Shown here: one piece after another, positions 18,277 to 26,079 of the stretch | How positions within the stretch are numbered: position 1 is the stretch's first letter | Layout of the letters: the number at the start of each line of letters is the position of its first letter | DNA from: an uncultured Clostridia bacterium | Lineage (GTDB): Bacteria; Bacillota; Clostridia; Oscillospirales; CAG-272 | Reading direction: 5' to 3' | NCBI GenBank assembly: GCA_944381075.1 | Contig: CALWJT010000005.1 | Span: 65,253 to 129,252 of the forward strand | Length of the DNA: 64,000 nt | Position numbers and translations under genes: made by a program | The notes under the pieces: generated by a model | Seen by the model: the letters and a program-made list of their open reading frames with translations, nothing else | Told to the model about the DNA's origin: nothing | The model's database searches: none

Positions 18277-20820
18277 TTAAGCTTGGATCCGGTATTTCCC
18301 CGTATTCAGCACGCACGGCGGTGCTTCCGGCAGGAGCAGCGTCGCCTCACAGCCGACGGGAATTTCGATTTCCAAGTGGGTTTTGCCGTTTTCCTTCCGA
18401 AATTCACAGCGCAGCAGCCCGCGTGGTGTATCCAGCGCCGCCCGAACCGATTCCAGTCCGCAGTTTATCGCGGGGCGCAGCAAAACGGTGCGGTAGCCGG
18501 GGGCCGCGGGGGTGATGCCGGCGATATACTTGTAAAAGAACGCCGAAACGTCGGAAAACATATGATGGTTGCGCGAGCCGCCGCCGTTCCAGCATTCCCA
18601 GAGGGTGTTCGCGCCGAGCGTCAGCCAGTGGGCATAGCTTGGATAGGTAGGATTTGTGATCATCCGGAGGGCAAGCTCGGCTTTTCCATACATGCCGAGA
18701 ACGTTTAAGACCGCCTTCATGCCGAGCACGCCGAAATCGAGGTGTCCGCCGCAGGCGGCGATCTGCTGCTCCAGCTTTTCGAGCAGCGCCGGGATCTCTC
18801 TTTGCTCTGCGAGTCCGTGATAGATCATCACGGCGGTCGCGGTCTGGCAGTCGCCCATGACGGTGTGCGTCTCTGCGTCGTAAAAGTGCGAGCGGAAGGC
18901 GGCTTTGATGGCGGCTGCCTGCTGCCTGTATTTTGCGGCATCTTCGGGGAATCCGAGCAGGACCGCCGATTTTTCCGCCATCCTGACGGCGCTGTAATAA
19001 TAAGCGGTATCCGTAACGGGGACGGGACATTGGAAGGATTCCATATTGACGCTGACAGCGGGACCGTCAAACGGCGCGCACCAGTCTCCGAGCCCGCCGT
19101 AGGCGATGCCGTCCTCGGACATGCCGGCAAGCCATGCGACAAAACGGCAGAGCGCGTCGTAATTGTCGCGCAGAACGGAAAGGTCGCCGGACGCCATATA
19201 GATCTGCCATGGGACCTCCCACATCGGCGCCGACCAGTCGGGACCGTTCAGATTGCCGTTGTAGCCCCAGCCCGGCGAGGGAACGATGCAGGGGACGCTC
19301 CCGCCCGGACGCTCGGCGTCCCGCAGGTCCTGCTGCCATTTTTTCATCAGGGAATCCGCCGAAAAATTGAGAAGGAGCTGCTCTGCGGACAGCCCTGTGT
19401 CGCCGGTCCAGGAGCTTTTTTCCCGCACGGCGTCGGAAACGAGCGTATTCATGCAGCAGGAGGTCGTCGCGGCAAGGCACATATCCTGGATTTTGTTGAC
19501 CGTCTCGGAGGAGGTAACAAAGGTGCCGCGTGTTTCAAGATCGTTACAGAGCGCGAGCGCCGTCACGTCGGAAAGCTCCGGTTCCTCGCGGCTGCCGGAG
19601 ATCTCGACCCATTGGTAGCCGTAGTAGGAAAAGCGCGCGTGCCATGTTTCCGGCTCGTCTGTGCGCTTGATATAGGTGTCGGTCTGGAAGCAGTAGTTCT
19701 TGATGAAGCCGGCGAGCGGCGCCTGGTCCAGCCTGCCGTCGTCCGTGAGTCTGTCGCAGTAGCGCACGGTGATCTTGTCCCCGCGCTTCCCGCGGAGGGT
19801 CAGAAGGCAGACGCCCGCCTGATTTTGTCCGATATCGAACAGCCAGCCCTCCGGCACCTTTTTCTTGGACACCGCGGGATAGCGGCGCCGGATGCGGATC
19901 GGCTCCATTTCCATCGCGGCGAGCACGGCGCCGGGGTCCTTGACACGGCGCGGCGGCTGCCAGCCGGAATCGTCGAAGCCCGGCGCATCCCAGCCGTCCA
20001 TCTCAAGACGCGCGTCGTAGGTTTCTCCGTGGCGGATGCCGTTGAACGTGATGGGGCCCTTGTGCGAGCGCCACTTGTCATCGCTTGAAACGGTGATTGA
20101 GGTGCCGTTTGCGTATTCGATGACAAGATCGCAGAGAAGCTTCGGAACGTCCCGCCACGGCGCCGTGGCGGACTGCCACGGGTCCTCGGTAAAGCAGTTG
20201 TAAAAGCCGTTGCCGAGGATCACGCCGAGCGCGTTTTCACCTGACGCGAGCATCCCCGTGACGTCGAACGCGCGGTAGAGGATCCGCTTGTCGTAGGCGG
20301 TGTACGCTGTGGAGAGAAAATCGTCCCCGACCTTTTCCCCGTTGATGCGCGCCTCGAAATAGCCGAGTCCGGCAATGTAGAGCATGGCGCGGCGGACTTC
20401 CGGCTCCGCATGGAATGTGCGGCGCAGGTAAGGGGCGGCGAGCGCATCGTCGCGGCGCAGGCAGTCGTGTCCGGTGATCCAGATGCCGGAAAAGGGAACG
20501 CCTCTCTTTCCTGTGTCGAAATATTCCGTTTTGCTGACAAGAGAATCCTCTCCTGCGCGGATCTCAAGCGAGAGGTGATATCGGGTCATCGGGGAGAGCG
20601 CCGCGCCTTCATACCGAATGTTGGAATTTTCCTCGGAGGGAACAAAGCCCGTGTCCCAGACGGGATCTTTAAAATCAGGCGAGGCGGAGACAAGGAGCCG
20701 GTAGGCGCTTTGGCGTTCCCCGTTTTTGTCAGCGATGAGCTTCCAAGAAAACGTGGGTAAGGTATCGACGACCGGACGGGAAAGTCCGTTTATTTTGACC
20801 GAATGTTCGCGTAATTTCAT
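18277..20820 (-). CDS. Alpha-L-rhamnosidase (GH78)
   Basis: 847 aa. N-terminus MKLREHSVKINGL..PTFSWKL..QSAYRLLV is typical of GH78. ATG at 20820 follows GGAAGCTAAG. Confidence 0.8.
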   Translation of the reverse strand: MKLREHSVKINGLSRPVVDTLPTFSWKLIADKNGERQSAYRLLVSASPDFKDPVWDTGFVPSEENSNIRYEGAALSPMTRYHLSLEIRAGEDSLVSKTEYFDTGKRGVPFSGIWITGHDCLRRDDALAAPYLRRTFHAEPEVRRAMLYIAGLGYFEARINGEKVGDDFLSTAYTAYDKRILYRAFDVTGMLASGENALGVILGNGFYNCFTEDPWQSATAPWRDVPKLLCDLVIEYANGTSITVSSDDKWRSHKGPITFNGIRHGETYDARLEMDGWDAPGFDDSGWQPPRRVKDPGAVLAAMEMEPIRIRRRYPAVSKKKVPEGWLFDIGQNQAGVCLLTLRGKRGDKITVRYCDRLTDDGRLDQAPLAGFIKNYCFQTDTYIKRTDEPETWHARFSYYGYQWVEISGSREEPELSDVTALALCNDLETRGTFVTSSETVNKIQDMCLAATTSCCMNTLVSDAVREKSSWTGDTGLSAEQLLLNFSADSLMKKWQQDLRDAERPGGSVPCIVPSPGWGYNGNLNGPDWSAPMWEVPWQIYMASGDLSVLRDNYDALCRFVAWLAGMSEDGIAYGGLGDWCAPFDGPAVSVNMESFQCPVPVTDTAYYYSAVRMAEKSAVLLGFPEDAAKYRQQAAAIKAAFRSHFYDAETHTVMGDCQTATAVMIYHGLAEQREIPALLEKLEQQIAACGGHLDFGVLGMKAVLNVLGMYGKAELALRMITNPTYPSYAHWLTLGANTLWECWNGGGSRNHHMFSDVSAFFYKYIAGITPAAPGYRTVLLRPAINCGLESVRAALDTPRGLLRCEFRKENGKTHLEIEIPVGCEATLLLPEAPPCVLNTGKYRIQA

Positions 20821-20958
20821 CTTAGCTTCCTTTTTATTCTCGAAAAATGATGGTTTCTCTGCCATTATGACATGCTTTGCTTGGACTGTCAACCTTTTTT
20901 TCGCGTCCCGCTGTCTTTTTACAAAAAATATCGGATATTTACCGCCACGTTCCTGCGG

Positions 20959-20987
20959 TTGACAAAAAATTCCCCGTATATTATAAT
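20959..20987 (+). promoter_or_regulatory. Perfect consensus promoter TTGACA-17-TATAAT
   Basis: TTGACA at 20959-20964 and TATAAT at 20982-20987, about 30 nt upstream of the ATG at 21018. Confidence 0.75.
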
Positions 20988-21017
20988 GGAAGCATTCAGG
21001 GAAGGAGAACGGGACCT

Positions 21018-21692
21018 ATGTTTTCCATCGAGGATTATCTTTCGGGATTTTCGGCGGCGCTGAGGGGTGCGTTCGCAGAGCGGCTCCTTTATATCGGGCT
21101 TCAGGGCAGCTATTCGCGCGGGGAGGCCGACGAGAAAAGCGATATCGACGTCATGGTCGTTTTGGATACGCTCTCGGTATCCGATTTGGACCGCTACCGG
21201 TCGATCGTGGAGCAGACGGGAGAGGCCGCGCGGTCGTGCGGCTTTCTCTGCGGCAGGGAGGAGCTTTCCAAATGGAATCCCTGCGAGATCTGTCATCTCC
21301 TCCATACGACCGAGGACTGGTACGGAAGCCTTTCGGCGCTCGTGCCGTCCTATACGGACGAGGACGTCCGGATTTTTGTCAAAATCAGCCTTGGAAATTT
21401 GTATCACGCGCTTTGTCATGGGTATGTCCATGCACAGAGAGAGGCATTTTGCGCTGCTCTTCCGGACGCCTATAAGAACGTATTTTTTATCCTGCAAAAC
21501 GTGTACTATAGGAAGACAGGCGTCTTTTTCCGGACGAAGGAGGAGCTTCTTATGGAGCTGTCCGCTTCGGACAGAAAAGTCATGGAGCAGGCGCAGGCGA
21601 TGCGGCGCGGAGAACCGTGGGATTTTCCGTCATCGTTTTCGCTGCTGCTGCAATGGTGCCGGAATATCCTATGCGAGATAGGAGAATCCTAA
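21018..21692 (+). CDS. Nucleotidyltransferase-domain protein (KNTase/MNT/ANT-like)
   Basis: GSYSRGEADEKSDIDVMVV (G-S-x10-D-x-D) followed by a helical C-terminal domain. ATG at 21018 follows GGAAGGAGAA. Confidence 0.75.
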   Translation: MFSIEDYLSGFSAALRGAFAERLLYIGLQGSYSRGEADEKSDIDVMVVLDTLSVSDLDRYRSIVEQTGEAARSCGFLCGREELSKWNPCEICHLLHTTEDWYGSLSALVPSYTDEDVRIFVKISLGNLYHALCHGYVHAQREAFCAALPDAYKNVFFILQNVYYRKTGVFFRTKEELLMELSASDRKVMEQAQAMRRGEPWDFPSSFSLLLQWCRNILCEIGES

Positions 21693-21727
21693 GGCAGGAT
21701 ATTTTGCGTCCAAAGGGAGAAAGAAAA

Positions 21728-23119
21728 ATGAAATATCAAAAGATTCGTTTCCTGTCGGCAGAGCTTTGGAATTTTAAAAATGTCGCGCACGGCAGAGTCG
21801 AGATGCCGTGTGCGCGCCGGCGGGATTTTTCGTGTGAAAAATCGGAGATCCTTGGCATCTATGGGCAGAACGGCTCCGGAAAAACGACGGTGATCGACGC
21901 ATTGTTTTTTGCCAAGCAGCTTTTGCAGGGACGGCCGCTGCCGTCCGATGCGGCAGGCTATATTGCCCAAAATGCCGAGAAAGCTGCATGCTCTCTTGCC
22001 TTCTATCTGGAGAAGGACGAGGTGGGGAGCGTCGTTTCCTATGATTTTACGATGCGCCGCGCGGAGTCGGGCGCTTGTATATCGCTGGAAAAGCTTGCGG
22101 TGCGGATGCTCAGGGAGGGAAGACTCTCGCCGGCAAGAGTGCTGTTTTCCTATGACGCGGAGGCGTCGGCGCGTTTTTTGGGGCCAAAGCGCCTTTGGGA
22201 TTCACTCGTATCCGCCGCGCCGGAGGCTGTCGTTGATCTTGCCGTGGCAAGACGGCTTGCGCTTGGGAATGCCGCTTCGTTCCTTTTTTCATCGGATTTC
22301 GGCGCTGCTCTGGCTTCTCCCTCTGACGCGCAGGAGGGACCGGCAGAGCTTTTGTCGTTGCGCGCCGCGCTTTCCGCCTATGCCGGCGAGGGACTTTTTG
22401 TCGTAAGCTCCGACCATTCCGGCGTGATCGCGCTGTCGGCTGTGCTCCCGATCGCGCTGCATTTCGACGGCGACGAAAGAACGCCGGATGAAATGCAGCT
22501 TTCCCTCACGGAGCCGTCCGTGCAGCCGCTCGATACGTACCGAGTGGTCAAAGCCTCGGTGGCGGCCCTGAATTGTGTGCTGGGCGTGCTGATCCCAGGC
22601 ATGGCGCTGGAGATCCGGGAATACGGAGGCCAAATGACGCCGGACGGCAGGGACGGCATGCGCTTTGAGATCCTTTCCGTGCGCGGGGAGAGCCGGATCC
22701 CTCTCAAATATGAATCCGAGGGCATCAAGAAGCTGATCTCCATCCTCAGCATCCTTATCGCCATGTACAACAATGCTTCGGTGTTTGTGGCCGTCGATGA
22801 ATTCGACGCGGGCGTCTATGAATATCTGCTCGGGGAAATCCTCGGGATCCTGGAGGAGAGCGGCAGGGGACAGCTGCTTTTTACCTCGCATAATCTGCGC
22901 CCGCTGGAAATGATCGACAAGCAGGACATCGTATTTACAACGACCAATCCGGAAAACCGGTATATCCGCGCTTCCGGCACAGGCGGGAATCTGCGCGACC
23001 GGTATATCCGCAGCATCAGCCTCGGCGGACAGAAGGAAGAGCTGTATGATTACCGGAATCCGATGGAGATCGCGCGGGCGTTCCGGCTGGCAGGGAGGTG
23101 CGGCGATGAATCCCGCTGA
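21728..23119 (+). CDS. ABC/SMC-type ATPase (AAA_21/AAA_15-like)
   Basis: Walker A GQNGSGKT (21863-21886), signature-like YESEGIKKL, Walker B VFVAVDEFD, H-loop FTSHN. Confidence 0.8.
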   Translation: MKYQKIRFLSAELWNFKNVAHGRVEMPCARRRDFSCEKSEILGIYGQNGSGKTTVIDALFFAKQLLQGRPLPSDAAGYIAQNAEKAACSLAFYLEKDEVGSVVSYDFTMRRAESGACISLEKLAVRMLREGRLSPARVLFSYDAEASARFLGPKRLWDSLVSAAPEAVVDLAVARRLALGNAASFLFSSDFGAALASPSDAQEGPAELLSLRAALSAYAGEGLFVVSSDHSGVIALSAVLPIALHFDGDERTPDEMQLSLTEPSVQPLDTYRVVKASVAALNCVLGVLIPGMALEIREYGGQMTPDGRDGMRFEILSVRGESRIPLKYESEGIKKLISILSILIAMYNNASVFVAVDEFDAGVYEYLLGEILGILEESGRGQLLFTSHNLRPLEMIDKQDIVFTTTNPENRYIRASGTGGNLRDRYIRSISLGGQKEELYDYRNPMEIARAFRLAGRCGDESR

Positions 23120-23804
23120 AAAAAAGGTGCTTCTGTTTTTGGTCGAAGGGACGACGGACAGCACCTCGCTTGGCCTTGTTCTCTCCCGTATCGTCGAATC
23201 GGAGGACGTTCGCTTCCATGTACTCGGCGGCGACCTCTGCTACCGGTATCGGATCAACAGGCAAAACGCGGCCAGAACCATCATGCGTCCGGTGAACAGC
23301 TTTTTGCAGCGGTATCGCCTGCGCAGGAAGGATATTCTCAAAATCGTGCATATCATCGATACGGACGGCGCCTTTATTCCGCCCACGCGCGTATTCCACG
23401 GCGGAAACGAGCATGCCTATTACGGAAGCGATAAAATCGTGACGCTTTCCGACGATTCCATGCGGGCGCGCAACGAACATAAAACGAATGCGGCGATGGC
23501 GCTCTCGGAGCTCGATACGGTAGAGCAGATCCCATATGCGCTCTACTATTTTTCACGCAACATCGAGCATGTCCTGCATGATCGCACGGACACGCTCTCC
23601 AGTGCGGAAAAGCGAGAGCTTTCCGAACGGTTTGAGAATGAATACGCGGAAGATCCCGAAGCTTTCGTTTCCTTTATTTGCTCGCGCGCCGTCGCGGTGC
23701 GCGGCAGCTACGAGCAGACATGGGACTATATTTTCCGGGGGACGAATTCCCTCAAAAGAGGGACGAATCTCGGACTGTTTTTTTCATCCATGAAAAAGAA
23801 ATAA
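23106..23804 (+). CDS. Toprim/OLD-nuclease-like protein (DUF4435/RloB/DUF4276-style)
   Basis: LFLVEGTTD (E14) and IVHIIDTDG (D85, D87; GAT at 23358). 14-nt overlap with the ATPase gene. Confidence 0.6.
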   Translation: MNPAEKKVLLFLVEGTTDSTSLGLVLSRIVESEDVRFHVLGGDLCYRYRINRQNAARTIMRPVNSFLQRYRLRRKDILKIVHIIDTDGAFIPPTRVFHGGNEHAYYGSDKIVTLSDDSMRARNEHKTNAAMALSELDTVEQIPYALYYFSRNIEHVLHDRTDTLSSAEKRELSERFENEYAEDPEAFVSFICSRAVAVRGSYEQTWDYIFRGTNSLKRGTNLGLFFSSMKKK

Positions 23805-23877
23805 AGATCGGGCCGGAACGGACGCTGCCTTTTCCCCTCGCGGCCGCGCACGGTCCGTTTTTTGGAAAGGATATCGA

Positions 23878-25227
23878 ATGAAACAGAAATCCTCGCCGGC
23901 GCGTACCGCGTATGCGGTGTCCATGGCGCTTGCCGCGGGCGTTTGCGCCAATTCGTATTTTCTGATTCGGGATATGCCGGTGCTTATCCCTGTTTTTCTT
24001 TTTCTCTTCCTTCTTACTGCGATTTTTCCCGTTTGGCCGTCCCGCAGCCCCGCTCGCCGCAGGCTGAGGCATTGCCGGTACGGCGCTGCCTGTCTCAGGA
24101 TTTTTCTCTTCTCGTGCGTCGTTTCGGCCATCTTTCACGCGGCTGCGGCAGTCCTGCTTTTTCCGGAGGAATGGCGGCTTTGGACGGAAAGCGCCGTCTT
24201 TTGCCTTTGCGTGCTCGCCGTGCTCTTCTGGGACGGGATGCTCCGTGTTTATCTTTCTTCCATTCAGCTCGGCGTCCGGCACCGCGCGGCCGGCCTTCTC
24301 TGCGGCTGGGTTCCGGTTTTGAATCTTGTCATGCTCCGAAAGATCCTTCGCATCGTGTCGGATGAGGTCGTATTCGAGACGGAAAAGGAAGCTCTGAATG
24401 CAGCGCGTGCCGGAGAACAGGTGTGCCGCACCCGATATCCGGTGCTCCTTGTGCACGGCGTTTTCTTCCGCGATCGGAAATTTCCGAATTACTGGGGCAG
24501 GATTCCGGAGGAGCTAATCCGAAACGGGGCTGAGATCTATTATGGAAACCACGAGTCTGCGGCCTCCGTACCGGACGCAGGGCGTGAGCTTGCCGCACGG
24601 ATTCGGGAGATCGCGGTGAGCACCGGCTGCGGAAAGGTAAACGTCATCGCCCACTCCAAGGGCGGGCTGGACTGCCGCTTTGCGGTCAGTCAGCTGTCCG
24701 CGGCGCCGTACGTGGCATCCCTTACGACCATCAATACGCCGCACCACGGATGCGAGTTCGCCGATTATCTTTTGAATCGGATCCCGGATACAGTTCAGAA
24801 AAAAATCGCACATACCTATAACACCGCGATGAAAAAGCTGGGCGATCAGGCTCCGGATTTCATGGCGGCGGTGAGGGACCTTACCGCCGAGCGGTGCAGG
24901 CGGCTGAACGCACAGACGGCCGCCTCGGAGGCGGAGGACGGCATCGTCTGTCTCAGCGTCGGCTCGAAGCTAAGCCGCGCGTCCGGAGGCAGGTTCCCGC
25001 TGAATTTTACCTATCCTCTTGTGAAGTATTTCGACGGTCCGAACGACGGGCTGGTTTCCGAGCGGTCGTTCCATTGGGGCGGGGAATACCGGCTGCTGAC
25101 GGCAAAGGGGAGGCGCGGCATTTCTCATGGCGATGTGATCGATCTGAATCGGGAAAATATCCCAGGCTTCGATGTGCGTGAGTTCTATGTGTCGCTTCTT
25201 TCCGACTTAAAAAAGAAAGGATTATAA
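23878..25227 (+). CDS. Membrane-anchored alpha/beta-hydrolase (lipase/esterase)
   Basis: N-terminal ~170 aa contains several TM helices. Then VLLVHGVFF and the nucleophile elbow AHSKGG. Confidence 0.75.
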   Translation: MKQKSSPARTAYAVSMALAAGVCANSYFLIRDMPVLIPVFLFLFLLTAIFPVWPSRSPARRRLRHCRYGAACLRIFLFSCVVSAIFHAAAAVLLFPEEWRLWTESAVFCLCVLAVLFWDGMLRVYLSSIQLGVRHRAAGLLCGWVPVLNLVMLRKILRIVSDEVVFETEKEALNAARAGEQVCRTRYPVLLVHGVFFRDRKFPNYWGRIPEELIRNGAEIYYGNHESAASVPDAGRELAARIREIAVSTGCGKVNVIAHSKGGLDCRFAVSQLSAAPYVASLTTINTPHHGCEFADYLLNRIPDTVQKKIAHTYNTAMKKLGDQAPDFMAAVRDLTAERCRRLNAQTAASEAEDGIVCLSVGSKLSRASGGRFPLNFTYPLVKYFDGPNDGLVSERSFHWGGEYRLLTAKGRRGISHGDVIDLNRENIPGFDVREFYVSLLSDLKKKGL

Positions 25228-25249
25228 AGCCCGTTTTCAGGATAAGATA

Positions 25250-25279
25250 AAAAGGAGCAGGGAATCTGCTCTTTTTTTC
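25250..25279 (+). terminator. Rho-independent terminator
   Basis: GAGCAG-ggaat-CTGCTC followed by T7. Confidence 0.7.
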
Positions 25280-25283
25280 CGGA

Positions 25284-25307
25284 AATTATCAGGAATATTT
25301 GATAATT
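25284..25307. promoter_or_regulatory. 8-bp perfect inverted repeat AATTATCA-N8-TGATAATT (operator candidate)
   Basis: Read directly, 35 bp upstream of the -35 of the RHH/clpB promoter. Confidence 0.4.
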
Positions 25308-25341
25308 TTAAAAAACTCGTAAATAAATTTATATAAAATGC

Positions 25342-25370
25342 TTGACAAATTATAGATGACATGCTATAAT
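25342..25370 (+). promoter_or_regulatory. Perfect consensus promoter TTGACA-17-TATAAT
   Basis: TTGACA at 25342-25347 and TATAAT at 25365-25370, in an AT-rich tract. Confidence 0.8.
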
Positions 25371-25407
25371 AGTACCATCCAAACAGAAAGCGGGGGAAAA
25401 ATCAAAA

Positions 25408-26049
25408 ATGAAGAATGTATATTCCATAGTGCTTTCCAGTGATGTCGTCGACAAAATCGACCGGCTCGCATATGAACGGGGGACCAACCGCTCCAACATG
25501 ATCAACCAGATTTTGGCGGAATACGTTTCCTATACGACGCCGGAAAAGCGGTTTCAGGAGATTTTCCGTCATATGCAGGATATGTTCGAGGGCAGTGCCT
25601 TTAAGACGCTGGAGCCGTCGGATACGATGTTCTCTCTGCGCTCCGCACTGGCCTATAAATATAATCCGACGGTCCGATACAGTGTAGAGCTGTATCGGAC
25701 AGACGGCGAAGAGATCGGCGAGCTGCGCGTGTCTCTGCGCACGCAGAATGCCGGACTTGTGCTGTATATGACGCAGTTCTACCGTTTGTGGAACAAGATC
25801 GAGCAGAGCTATCGGGGGGACGTTGCTTGCAGGGTAGCCGACGGCAAATATTCGAGAAAGCTAATTTTGAAGGGAGCGGATATCGAGAGCTGCGGGGCTG
25901 ACGTAGGACAGGTGATCGCCGCCTATATCGACGCCTTTGACCGGGCACTGAAAACCTTCTTTTATCATCTGGAAACGCCGTCAAAAGCGGCGGCCGGCGT
26001 GGAGGAGGTCTACCGGCGCTACATTTTTGAAAATCAAGTCTTAATTTAA
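25408..26049 (+). CDS. Ribbon-helix-helix (CopG-like) N-terminal domain protein, function unknown
   Basis: YSIVLSSDVVDKIDRLAYERGTNRSNMINQILAEY fits the beta-alpha-alpha RHH pattern, followed by a 170-aa unknown domain. Confidence 0.6.
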   Translation: MKNVYSIVLSSDVVDKIDRLAYERGTNRSNMINQILAEYVSYTTPEKRFQEIFRHMQDMFEGSAFKTLEPSDTMFSLRSALAYKYNPTVRYSVELYRTDGEEIGELRVSLRTQNAGLVLYMTQFYRLWNKIEQSYRGDVACRVADGKYSRKLILKGADIESCGADVGQVIAAYIDAFDRALKTFFYHLETPSKAAAGVEEVYRRYIFENQVLI

Positions 26050-26079
26050 TCTAAGCGTTTCACATATGGGGGTGAGGAT

